A DNA stretch of 64,000 bases from an uncultured Clostridia bacterium (GTDB lineage Bacteria; Bacillota; Clostridia; Christensenellales; UBA1242). Positions 27,650-36,645 of this stretch are shown here, piece by piece; the stretch's first letter is position 1; every line of letters starts with the position of its first letter. The position numbers and the translations under genes were made by a program. Below the pieces are notes generated by a model. The model saw only the letters and a program-made list of their open reading frames with translations, made no database searches and was not told the DNA's origin. The stretch spans positions 22,238 to 86,237 of the forward strand of contig CANQOO010000002.1 of assembly GCA_947625515.1 (NCBI GenBank), given 5' to 3'.

Positions 27650-27865
27650 ATGATAGTTGATGAAAATTATTTAATTGAAGATTTAGAAAATGTTCGAAAA
27701 ACACGTGAAGTAGAAGAAAAAGAGATTGCAAGACAAAGAAAGATTAACGATGAGTATAGTCTTTATAGATGTTTCTGCAAGTTGTGCGGATTTAAAATTT
27801 TTGAATATTCAAGTCTTTTAAATTTTCAAAATTATTGTAAAGAAAATTTAATTCAACTTATTTGA
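27650..27865 (+). CDS. small hypothetical protein (71 aa)
   Basis: AAGGAG RBS; acidic N-terminal half. Confidence 0.6.
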   Translation: MIVDENYLIEDLENVRKTREVEEKEIARQRKINDEYSLYRCFCKLCGFKIFEYSSLLNFQNYCKENLIQLI

Positions 27866-27878
27866 GTTGAGTTTTGAA

Positions 27879-27947
27879 CTGAATAAAACTGTAAGTCCAA
27901 ACAATGTGTCTTGGCACAAGGTCAATAGTTTAAGTTGATATTTAAAT
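27879..27947 (+). repeat. ~65-nt conserved leader element, copy 2
   Basis: CTGAATAAAACTGTAAGTCCAAACAATGTGTCTTGGCACA...ATAGTTTAAGTTG. Confidence 0.7.
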
Positions 27948-27990
27948 GAATTTTTTAAATTTAATTAAAAGGTTAAAAAGGTAAAGAACA

Positions 27991-28317
27991 ATGGCAAATT
28001 TTATAAAATCAATTAGAGAATTCGGAATGGTTATCTCAAAAAAATATGTTGAGGCAAGAGAGGCACGTAAAGGTTTTGACGGAAGAGAATGGGATGCACG
28101 TGATGAAGAATATCAAGTTGAAGTGATAAGCTGCGACCAGGATGATTTTAATAAGATTACTGGTATTCCAAACGGAACTCGTTGCACATATAAAGTCGAT
28201 AAAGCAACATTTGAAAAAGTTAAGTTTGGTGATTGGGCAAATGTGAAATATGAGATGTCACAATATAATGACAAAACATCTTATAAGCCACTTGCGTTTG
28301 CTCTTATTGAAAAATAA
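27991..28317 (+). CDS. hypothetical 108-aa protein (positional candidate for ssDNA-binding gene V analog)
   Basis: Size and position just before the small hydrophobic ORFs. No motif recognised. Confidence 0.6.
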   Translation: MANFIKSIREFGMVISKKYVEAREARKGFDGREWDARDEEYQVEVISCDQDDFNKITGIPNGTRCTYKVDKATFEKVKFGDWANVKYEMSQYNDKTSYKPLAFALIEK

Positions 28318-28331
28318 TTTATGGAGGTAAA

Positions 28332-28535
28332 ATGAACGAAATTTGTAAAGCCGTTTTGTATGTGCTTTTAGGAATGTTAGTTGCTGTTGGCATTTCCTGC
28401 CTTGTCATCTGCATTGGCAGTGCAGTTAATGGCATTGGTTTTGGTGAACAAATCACGCAGTGGTTCGGTTCTATTGGTCAAAAGGCACCAGAAGAGCTCG
28501 AAGCTGTGGGTTCGTTTTTGAAATCAGTTATTTAA
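28332..28535 (+). CDS. small membrane protein (67 aa), coat-protein candidate
   Basis: GGAGG RBS. One TM helix (VLYVLLGMLVAVGISCLVICIG). Followed by a strong terminator. Confidence 0.65.
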   Translation: MNEICKAVLYVLLGMLVAVGISCLVICIGSAVNGIGFGEQITQWFGSIGQKAPEELEAVGSFLKSVI

Positions 28536-28540
28536 GATTT

Positions 28541-28586
28541 AAAAAGCACCATCTAAGACGGACTATCTTATTTGGTGCTTTTTTAT
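28541..28586 (+). terminator. rho-independent terminator inside the element
   Basis: AAAAAGCACCA-N23-TGGTGCTTTTTTAT. Confidence 0.7.
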
Positions 28587-28601
28587 AACTAGGAGAAAAA
28601 A

Positions 28602-28760
28602 ATGAAAATTTTAATTTGGGTAATTTTAGTTACCGTTTTGACCGTTTTATTCGGGACTTGGATTTTAAGTGCACTTGCATGGGTTTTTGGAGCGATTGGC
28701 GATGGGCTTAATTTTATTGCAGGTTTCTTGGATTTCTTTGGTTGGAACGGCATGCTTTAA
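28602..28760 (+). CDS. 52-aa hydrophobic protein (below ORF-track cutoff)
   Basis: AGGAG RBS. My translation: MKILIWVILVTVLTVLFGTWILSALAWVFGAIGDGLNFIAGFLDFFGWNGML. Confidence 0.6.
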   Translation: MKILIWVILVTVLTVLFGTWILSALAWVFGAIGDGLNFIAGFLDFFGWNGML

Positions 28761-28771
28761 AAGGAGAGAAT

Positions 28772-30019
28772 GTGAAAGCAATAAAAACAATCGGTGAAAT
28801 TTGTTTGGTTTTTCTTGCTTGTTTTTCCATTTTAGTTTGCGGTCTTTTCATTTATTATCATTTTTTTGTTAATGATGTCACTATTGGTGTGAACAATATT
28901 GCTGACCAACTTGCAGTTGATGTTAAAAAGGAAGATGATTTAAGTGAAGAAGAAAAGAATGTATATGATGAGCGTTGGTTCCTGGAAGCCAATTATTATT
29001 CAAATGATAAAGAAAATGGAATTGAACTGCAAGAGTTAAATTTAAATTATTTTACTGGCTATAATTTGACAGAAAATGAATATCGTTCAACTGGAATGCA
29101 ATATGTTGGTCACTGGGAAAATTATAATGTTAAAGTTTCCAATATGGATGAGTTAAACAAATATGTTTATCCCGATTTTTACTATTATGATACATCAGAT
29201 CATATATCCTGGTCTGGACAAAATATTTCTTCTCGGCTTAACAGAAATCAAGCGTTTATTGTTAAAATTGACAATCGTCCATTTTTAATTCAACTTGATA
29301 AAAGTGTGCGAGTTGGTTGGTGGATTTTTGGCAGAGATCGTTATTACACTTATTCTATGCTTTTTGAAAGTGTTTTTGAGGCTATAGAGTCAAATTCTGC
29401 TGGCTATGGCGATTATTATATAACCGTTGATTTAAGCGAGATGTTTTCAGTCAGAGAATATGATTCTGAAAGTGAAAAGTTTTTGGACGATGATGTCACT
29501 GATATAATTAAAAATTATGCTGTTATGAAATTTCACTACGATGAAAATGGTGCTCGAAATAGCACGCAATCCATTTTTAAAAGCATTCAGTGTAGTTCAA
29601 AGTATGATTTGAATGACAAAGTGGATACGACTTATTGGCAAGAGCGAGTTGTTTATAGTTTGACTGAAAAAGATTTAATTTATCGTTATAGTTCCATATA
29701 TGACGGTTATTTCATGAGCCTTGGAATTGACTTTAAAGAAATGTTTGCAAATATGCCTCGAACAAAAGTTAATGTTGTTGTTGATTTGGATTCTGAGTTT
29801 ATGAAATCAAATAAATATAATGTTGTTGGCATTGATTACAATGGATTTGAGAATTTTGAAATTGACACTTTAACTATTTTGGGCAAGCCTCAAACTTTTC
29901 ATATTTTAGAGAAAGGCCTTTTTGGTTCCAATTTGCAGACTTTAAAACATTCTGTCGGCATTGGATTTGATAAAGCCCCTGATTCTTTTAACAATGAATA
30001 TTTGGAGGTGGTTGTATGA
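28772..30019 (+). CDS. N-terminally membrane-anchored protein, unknown (415 aa)
   Basis: GTG start after AAAGGAGAG RBS. TM helix ICLVFLACFSILVCGLFIYYHFF. Confidence 0.7.
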   Translation: MKAIKTIGEICLVFLACFSILVCGLFIYYHFFVNDVTIGVNNIADQLAVDVKKEDDLSEEEKNVYDERWFLEANYYSNDKENGIELQELNLNYFTGYNLTENEYRSTGMQYVGHWENYNVKVSNMDELNKYVYPDFYYYDTSDHISWSGQNISSRLNRNQAFIVKIDNRPFLIQLDKSVRVGWWIFGRDRYYTYSMLFESVFEAIESNSAGYGDYYITVDLSEMFSVREYDSESEKFLDDDVTDIIKNYAVMKFHYDENGARNSTQSIFKSIQCSSKYDLNDKVDTTYWQERVVYSLTEKDLIYRYSSIYDGYFMSLGIDFKEMFANMPRTKVNVVVDLDSEFMKSNKYNVVGIDYNGFENFEIDTLTILGKPQTFHILEKGLFGSNLQTLKHSVGIGFDKAPDSFNNEYLEVVV

Positions 30020-30546
30020 AATGGTATTCATATTTAATTTGTTTTATTCTTATTGCTTTAGGATGTTTTTGTGGAGTTCAATTGTATCAGGAATATACTG
30101 CTGAAAGTTATATAAATGGCTCAATCGATATTTCAAATAAGTTTAGTCAAGAAACTTTCAATTATTCAAGTTCAAGTGTTGTTTTTTATCATGATATTTA
30201 TGATGATTCTGACACCTATTCTTTTGAGATTGACCTTTTGAAAGTTGACAATTTTGATGGAACAAAAAATCAATATCAAGTGGAACTAAATGATTATGTT
30301 CTTACTGATTCTCAAATTTCTGCCGGCTCTGTTTTTTCAGTAATGAACATGGATTTTTACGATGTTCATGGTGATATTGTTTGCAATGCCAAGTTGAATA
30401 TTTCAGTGAAATTTTTAAGCAGCAAAACGGCATTGTCTTTGGTTGTTGTTGGAAACGAGCAAAAAAGCGGGCTTGAGCAATCTCGATTTTTTGAGCAGTA
30501 TTTTTCTGACAATGGTATCAGATTAAAAATTTTAAAAATTCTTTAA
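30016..30546 (+). CDS. N-terminally membrane-anchored protein, unknown (176 aa)
   Basis: ATGA overlap with the previous gene. TM helix YLICFILIALGCFCGVQLY. Confidence 0.7.
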   Translation: MKWYSYLICFILIALGCFCGVQLYQEYTAESYINGSIDISNKFSQETFNYSSSSVVFYHDIYDDSDTYSFEIDLLKVDNFDGTKNQYQVELNDYVLTDSQISAGSVFSVMNMDFYDVHGDIVCNAKLNISVKFLSSKTALSLVVVGNEQKSGLEQSRFFEQYFSDNGIRLKILKIL

Positions 30547-30561
30547 AAGGAGTGATTAAAA

Positions 30562-32964
30562 ATGACAACTAAGAAAATTTTAGGTGTTATATTTGGTCTT
30601 GTTTTTATTGGTGCTTTTGCTTTTGTTTTAACTTGGGGCATTTTAAATTGGCAGCAAGTGAAAGATGGAATGAGCGGCAGCGGCCTTTACACGCAGGAAG
30701 ATTTAAACAATGCGTATGATGATGGCTATAATTCTGCTTTAAAAGATAAGAGCGAATATGACGAATTGGTTAATGGTTATCGAGATGAGATAACAAGACT
30801 GATTGATGAAAATTCAAAAGCAAATAGCAATTATAATGATTTGCAAAAAGAAAATAAAAGTTTGCAAGCAAATATTTCTTCACTTGAAAGTGCTAAATCT
30901 GGGCTTCAAGAGCAGGTTAAAAATTATGAAAATCAAGTGCAAACTTTGAATTCAACAATCGCAGAAAATAATACAAAAATAAGCGATTATGAAAATCAAA
31001 TTTCTCAGAAAGAAAAAGAAATTGAGAGATTGAAAATAAGTGGGACTAGTAAGGACTCAGAAATTTCTAACTTAAATGTGCAAATTACAAGTCTTCGTAG
31101 TCAAATTTCGTCACTGCAAACTGTTACATCTCAGTTAGAGTCAACTAATCAAGCAAATTTGACAACAATTTCAAATTTAAACGCACAAATTGTTTCATTA
31201 AATGCACAGATTGTGACGTTGCAAAATCAATATCAAGGGAATCAAGACACAATTAGTGCTTTGAATGATAAGATTAAGCAACTTGAAAAATCCATTGAGT
31301 ATTATGAGCAGTTTATTGCTAATTTGGAAAGTGGTGAAAATGTTGTTGCAACTTTTGAGTTCAATGGTTCGGTTTACAGCATTCAAATTTTGCAAAAAGG
31401 TGGGAAAGTTCTTTTCCCGACACCGGAATCAACAACTTATGCAATTTTCAATTACTGGCAAACTGAGAGTGGAGAAAAAGTTCAAGATACTTCTTCTTAC
31501 ACCATCTCAGAAAATACAAAATTTGTAGCAAATGTCACATTGAAATTTGATGTTAAATTTAGTGTTGACGGAGTCGTTCGAGAAAGCCAAATTGTTGAAA
31601 ATGGGCAAAAGCCTTCTCTGCCATCCGAAACTCCATCTAAGGCCGGTTATGACTTTGACGGTTGGACATTAAATGGTGTTGACATTGTTGACCCTACACA
31701 GCAGTCAGTGACTCAAAACACAACTTATATTGCAAAATTTACGCAAAAGTTTACAGTTAACTTCATGTATGAGAGTGAAACAAAATCTACTCAAGAAGTT
31801 CGTAGTGGTGGACATGCCCAAAATGTTGAAATTGAAAGCACAACATATAAGAAATTCAACGGTTGGAAAGTTAATGGCGAAATTGTTAATGTTGAAGATT
31901 ATGAGATTGTTGGAGCTACAACATTTGTTGCAGATATAACTTACTATTACGATGTTAAGTTTATGGTTAATGGCGAGCAATATGGACAAACACAAACTAT
32001 TGAAGCCGGCAAATTTGCTTCAGTGCCTGGTGACCCGTCAATGGCTGGTTACGACTTTATGGGCTGGACAGTCAATGGCTCTGATATGGTCGATGTTGCA
32101 AGTTATTCAGTCAACACCACAACAACTTTTACAGCAAAATTTGTAAGCTTTAAATTTGAAAGTATTGAGATTAATTTCCCTACTCGTGCTAATAATATTC
32201 TTTTTCAAGATAAATTTAATGCATATTACGTTTGGTCAGACGGTGTAAACACTTATTTTTCTAGGTATGTATCATCCTCTAAACGTTCAATAAATCTTGT
32301 TTTTGACCATGAATCTTTGACTTGGAAAGAAAAGAAATGGAATGGATTTGAAAATCTTTCTGGAGAGTATGTTTGGTCAGATGGTGAGAATGTTTATTAC
32401 AGTGCTTATTCTACTCAGTATGTCTTGAATAAAGAAACTGACACATGGGAAGTTAAAACCTGGAATGGATTTAGTGAAATTGATGGTCAACATATTTGGA
32501 CAGACGGTGAGAATGTTTATTATTCTTCTGCCACAAATCAATATGTTTTAAATAAAGATTCTGATACATGGGAAGTTAAAACCTGGAATGGATTTAATAA
32601 TATTTTTGGAGAATATGTATGGACTGATGGAACAAATTTATATTATTCCTTAAATAATTCTTCTGCACAATATGTGTTAAATGTTGAAACATCCACTTGG
32701 GAAGAAAAAATTTGGGATGGCTTTGCTCCAGCTTACGGCGATTCAATTTGGAACTATAACAATAATGTTTATTATTCCCTTAATGATGTCAACTATGTTC
32801 TTGATAAGAAAACTGGAAAATGGGTTGAAATGAATTGGTCTGGTTTGCCTGAATCATTTAATTCTTCCTTAAAAAACAGGTGGACATGCGGAGACGATGT
32901 GTATGTTGCTTTTTATGACTCTGGAAAATATGTTTCATATGTTCTGACCAGGAGTGAAATTTGA
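30562..32964 (+). CDS. large anchored repeat protein (adsorption-protein candidate)
   Basis: 800 aa: TM helix, ~180-aa coiled coil, 4 Listeria-Bacteroides-type repeats (AGYDFDGWTLNG, KKFNGWKVNG, AGYDFMGWTVNG, FNYWQTESG), then ~6 repeats of YVWSDGENVYYS..QYVLNK.TDTWE.K.WNGF. Confidence 0.75.
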   Translation: MTTKKILGVIFGLVFIGAFAFVLTWGILNWQQVKDGMSGSGLYTQEDLNNAYDDGYNSALKDKSEYDELVNGYRDEITRLIDENSKANSNYNDLQKENKSLQANISSLESAKSGLQEQVKNYENQVQTLNSTIAENNTKISDYENQISQKEKEIERLKISGTSKDSEISNLNVQITSLRSQISSLQTVTSQLESTNQANLTTISNLNAQIVSLNAQIVTLQNQYQGNQDTISALNDKIKQLEKSIEYYEQFIANLESGENVVATFEFNGSVYSIQILQKGGKVLFPTPESTTYAIFNYWQTESGEKVQDTSSYTISENTKFVANVTLKFDVKFSVDGVVRESQIVENGQKPSLPSETPSKAGYDFDGWTLNGVDIVDPTQQSVTQNTTYIAKFTQKFTVNFMYESETKSTQEVRSGGHAQNVEIESTTYKKFNGWKVNGEIVNVEDYEIVGATTFVADITYYYDVKFMVNGEQYGQTQTIEAGKFASVPGDPSMAGYDFMGWTVNGSDMVDVASYSVNTTTTFTAKFVSFKFESIEINFPTRANNILFQDKFNAYYVWSDGVNTYFSRYVSSSKRSINLVFDHESLTWKEKKWNGFENLSGEYVWSDGENVYYSAYSTQYVLNKETDTWEVKTWNGFSEIDGQHIWTDGENVYYSSATNQYVLNKDSDTWEVKTWNGFNNIFGEYVWTDGTNLYYSLNNSSAQYVLNVETSTWEEKIWDGFAPAYGDSIWNYNNNVYYSLNDVNYVLDKKTGKWVEMNWSGLPESFNSSLKNRWTCGDDVYVAFYDSGKYVSYVLTRSEI

Positions 32965-33833
32965 TAACATTTATCACTGGCATTCCTGGTGCTGGGAAAA
33001 CTAGCCATATGGTTTATCTTCTTGTGCAGAAAATGATTGAAGATGGCTTAGATGATTGGCGAGCGTGTAAAAAAGAAATTGGTGCTTTAAATGCTGGTGG
33101 CTTCAAAAATTTGGAGCCACCTCCACAACACCATGTTTGCTATTCTGATTTTTCTTGTCAATTTAATCGACGTTTTAAAAGTTATTTTATTGATGGTTTT
33201 GAGATTGGCCTTGAAAATCCATTTTTTACAACAACTTTTATTCCGCCATATGCATCCATCTTTCTTGATGAAGCACAAAGATATTATGATAGTCGTATGT
33301 CAAAATATCTTAGAGAAGAGGTTTATCAGTGGTATCAGTTGCATCGCCATAATGATTATAACATTTACATGGCTTGTCAAAGACTTGGAAACATTGATGT
33401 AAATATCCGTGCATTAGGCGAAAGGTTTTTAGTTATGGAAGGCATAGAAACTAAGGAAAATTCTTGGGGTCAAATTACAAAAATTAAATGGTCAATGCGA
33501 GAATTCCATTCTTGTGATACCGCAGAAGCTTATATGCTCGCGAGGGAACGAAACGAAAATAAAGATTTGGGTGAAAAGAAAGAAATCGAGACTGAACTTG
33601 ATATTTTTGATTATTATGACTCCAAAAGTAAGAAGCCGGTTTTCTATGCTGGAAAAACTAATCGACCTTTTGACTATTACATGGAAGAAGGCTATGTTTT
33701 CACCTTGGAAAGCTTTGTAAATTTTAATAATGAACATTATTTCACTGCACCACAAGGTTATTGGAAAAATGCTGAGTATGACAAAATGATTTTAAAGAAG
33801 AAGGGACTGTTATATGAAAATTACAGAATTTGA
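32961..33833 (+). CDS. Zot / inovirus pI-like P-loop assembly ATPase
   Basis: TTG start overlapping the previous stop. ITFITGIPGAGKTS (Walker A), IFLDEAQRYYDSR (Walker B), YQLHRHNDYNIYMACQRLGNIDVNIRALGE, which parallels M13 pI FLHARKLGWDIIFLVQDLSIVDKQAR. Confidence 0.75.
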   Translation: MITFITGIPGAGKTSHMVYLLVQKMIEDGLDDWRACKKEIGALNAGGFKNLEPPPQHHVCYSDFSCQFNRRFKSYFIDGFEIGLENPFFTTTFIPPYASIFLDEAQRYYDSRMSKYLREEVYQWYQLHRHNDYNIYMACQRLGNIDVNIRALGERFLVMEGIETKENSWGQITKIKWSMREFHSCDTAEAYMLARERNENKDLGEKKEIETELDIFDYYDSKSKKPVFYAGKTNRPFDYYMEEGYVFTLESFVNFNNEHYFTAPQGYWKNAEYDKMILKKKGLLYENYRI

Positions 33834-34221
33834 AGAACTAACTGGTTTTTTATATGGCGAATATGAAAAAATGAGTGAAGCATATGGAACGAAACGACCA
33901 TCTAAAATTTTGATTGAGGGCACGGAAAAAACGTTGTTGCGTTATGCGAAACTATATAATAAGCCATTATACAAAAAAGCGAAAAGAAATTTAAGGCTGC
34001 AAGAGGCTTTTGATACAATGCCACATGGTTTTTGGTGGAAATTTTTCCACTCTGATTTGTGGAAACGCATGAAATATTTAGATGAAAATTTAAATAAGCA
34101 AAAAGCTAAATTGTGTAATGATGAGCAGCAAGATAATAATCATAAACAAGCAAACATGTCCGAGACATTGCCTGTGGAAGTTGTAAAAAATGTCTTTCCA
34201 CCGCAAGAGTTTGAAGATTAG
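33814..34221 (+). CDS. hypothetical protein (135 aa)
   Basis: Overlaps the Zot-like gene's 3-prime end; no family recognised. Confidence 0.55.
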   Translation: MKITEFEELTGFLYGEYEKMSEAYGTKRPSKILIEGTEKTLLRYAKLYNKPLYKKAKRNLRLQEAFDTMPHGFWWKFFHSDLWKRMKYLDENLNKQKAKLCNDEQQDNNHKQANMSETLPVEVVKNVFPPQEFED

Positions 34222-34251
34222 TTCTTTTGTTTGGGTTATTATTGTTATTGA

Positions 34252-34530
34252 GTGTGTGGTAATGTGGGAAAAGTGACGGACTTCCTTGCCGTTCTGCTTT
34301 CCACATTTCCAGGTATTGTGGGAAAGTGTGTAAAGTCTGACGGGCTTATATTTCTGCTTTCAGGACTTTTCCACTTTTCCAAAGTTGTCCATCATTTCCA
34401 CCATTATGCTTGCTTAATGGTGGGAATGTGGTCAACTGGTCAATACCCGATGAGCACACTGCTTACAAAGACGGGCTTTTAAAAAAGTTCCGCTTCGCTC
34501 ACGCGGTTGGCTTGCCCCCGCGTGAGCGGG
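34252..34530 (+). promoter_or_regulatory. putative replication origin: GTGGGAA/TTCCAC iterons plus GC-rich hairpin
   Basis: GTGGGAA(A) at ~34264, 34318, 34420. Inverted TTTCCAC at ~34298, 34368, 34395. Hairpin CGCTCACGCGG (34496-34506) / CCGCGTGAGCG (34518-34528). Confidence 0.5.
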
Positions 34531-34601
34531 TTGCTTACTTGACAATAGCAACACTTAAAGGAAAATTTTTAAAAATTATAACTTAAAGGAGATATGAAAA
34601 T

Positions 34602-35576
34602 GTGAGCGATTTAAGTTATAACTTGTATTCGACTGAACGGCGTTATCGAAACGAAACTTTAATAAGTTTTTACTTTCAGCCGAATGAAAAAATTATGAAG
34701 AAATGTCGCCCTGTTGATATTCACGGCGAACGTTTGAGGCTCTATAATGACGGAGTCCTTGAAAATTATAAAAAGAAAGATGTTTTAAACTCAAAAAGCA
34801 CAAGTTTAAGAAGAACTGTTGTTTTAATGAACATGCTCCTTGCAATGAATGATTTTGACTGGTTCTGGACCCTCACCTTTGACAGGCAAAAGATTGACAG
34901 GACAAATGCTGAACTTGTTTTTAATTGTTATAAGAAATATATTGATAACATTAAAAAGAAATTTCCTACATTTAAATATATGACTTTTCCCGAACGTCAT
35001 GAAGATGGGTGTTTTCACTTTCATTTACTTACTGCTGGACTTACTCCTTCGCAAATGGGCTTGGTTAATTCTGGAAAAGTTTGTTGTCACTGGGCGAAGA
35101 AAAGAAAAAGAGGTGGATGGGAATTTACAAAAAATTGTTCAAAAGAATTTTTTGATAAAACTAAACATGAGCATGAACTACTTGATACTGATGGAGAAAC
35201 GCTCTATAATGCAACAACTTTTGCATATGGACTTACTACTGTCAGTCGAATTGTGAGCCGCGAAAGATGTAATTCATATGTGAAAAAATATGTTGAAAAA
35301 GCACTTGGCTCAACTGAGATATTTAAAAAGCGATTTTATTATTCTTCAAATTTAAATGTGCCGGAGGTTGTAAAACGTCTTGTTGGGGCTGATTTTGAAA
35401 CTCCAACACAAATTGATGAAGTTTCAAGTGTTGTCAATAGCCCGCTTGTCAAAAACTCCAAAGGGCAACCTTATGTGAGCGAATATAACGTTCTGCAAGT
35501 AAAAATTGACAACGAAACAAAACAAAATATAGATAAAGGCTTATTGCCATGCGAATTTGACGATTTGCCTTTTTAA
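34602..35576 (+). CDS. HUH-superfamily rolling-circle replication initiator
   Basis: GTG start. Motif I FWTLTFD, motif II CFHFHLL, motif III YVKKYVEK. Confidence 0.75.
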   Translation: MSDLSYNLYSTERRYRNETLISFYFQPNEKIMKKCRPVDIHGERLRLYNDGVLENYKKKDVLNSKSTSLRRTVVLMNMLLAMNDFDWFWTLTFDRQKIDRTNAELVFNCYKKYIDNIKKKFPTFKYMTFPERHEDGCFHFHLLTAGLTPSQMGLVNSGKVCCHWAKKRKRGGWEFTKNCSKEFFDKTKHEHELLDTDGETLYNATTFAYGLTTVSRIVSRERCNSYVKKYVEKALGSTEIFKKRFYYSSNLNVPEVVKRLVGADFETPTQIDEVSSVVNSPLVKNSKGQPYVSEYNVLQVKIDNETKQNIDKGLLPCEFDDLPF

Positions 35577-35586
35577 AAGGATGTTT

Positions 35587-35811
35587 ATGTATTTTACAAA
35601 TAAAAATAAGAAAATGGCTAGACGCCCGTATGATTTTTTGGCTGAAGGGTATGATGCAAGTGAAATTGAATTAAAAAGGGCTTGTAAAAGCGGTGATAAA
35701 AAAGCTATGCGTTCAGCCATGAAAAATCATCATGATTTTGAATATGCTCTGCTTTATCGACTCACTCCAGAGTCTAAAAAAGAACGCAAAAGGAGATACA
35801 ATGGCAAATAA
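35587..35811 (+). CDS. small basic protein (74 aa)
   Basis: Start set at MYFTNKNKK after the Rep stop. Confidence 0.5.
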   Translation: MYFTNKNKKMARRPYDFLAEGYDASEIELKRACKSGDKKAMRSAMKNHHDFEYALLYRLTPESKKERKRRYNGK

Positions 35812-36637
35812 AGATTTAGATAAAAGAATTAAAGAAATAGAAAAACTTCTAAAAAGACACGAGGATGATATTTTGCAATTTATTGAAAAAGTTTATGGAA
35901 CGCTAGAAGGAAAATATAAGTTGCAACCACATCACGAATTCAAAGTCGGTGACCGCGTGCAATTTAAGTCGTGGGAAGAAATAGAAAAAGAGTTTGGAGT
36001 AAACGACTGTAATGGAAAGCCTTATATAAACACTTACCCTTGGTTTATTAAAGATATGGAATATTTATGCGGAACATACGCAACGATATCTAAAATTGAT
36101 GGACACAAAGTCGAATTAAAAGATTTTACAGCCAGAGCGGATAACAGTATTTGGACTTATTCTCTCGATATGCTCAAGCCAGCCACAGACGAACCAAAAT
36201 GCAAGTTTACGGTCGGGGATAAGGTTATATATAAAGATAAAAACGTAGTTGCTGAGATTGTAGAAATTTATCCAATGCTTTCGCTTGCAAAAATACGTTA
36301 TGAAATAAAAGAACATAGCGAAATGTCTGAATATACTATTGTTGTTAATTTTGAGCAGATAGAGACATACACCGAGCCGTGCTGGACTTTCACCGATGAC
36401 GAAAAAGTTATCCTTAAAAATTTGCCAGAAAAGTATAAGTGGATTGCGAGAGATAAAGATGGGTCTGTTCTTGTTTCTTTTTCAAAGCCATTCAAAGACG
36501 AAGATGAAGACATTTGGGATATCGATGATTATGAATATGGAGAAGTCCGAAGTTCTTACATCTGGCAATTCAACCATCTCTTTCAATCAATCAAATGGAC
36601 TGACGAAGAGCCTTGCGAGTTTAGAAAATACTTGTAG
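35801..36637 (+). CDS. hypothetical protein (278 aa)
   Basis: Start at MANKDLDK with AAGGAG RBS; no family recognised. Confidence 0.6.
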   Translation: MANKDLDKRIKEIEKLLKRHEDDILQFIEKVYGTLEGKYKLQPHHEFKVGDRVQFKSWEEIEKEFGVNDCNGKPYINTYPWFIKDMEYLCGTYATISKIDGHKVELKDFTARADNSIWTYSLDMLKPATDEPKCKFTVGDKVIYKDKNVVAEIVEIYPMLSLAKIRYEIKEHSEMSEYTIVVNFEQIETYTEPCWTFTDDEKVILKNLPEKYKWIARDKDGSVLVSFSKPFKDEDEDIWDIDDYEYGEVRSSYIWQFNHLFQSIKWTDEEPCEFRKYL

Positions 36638-36645
36638 GAGGAATT

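Noticed and set aside
34252-34482. 76-aa ORF in the gap before the Rep gene
   Set aside because: It lies across the iteron field, has no RBS, and its sequence is better explained as origin or regulatory DNA.
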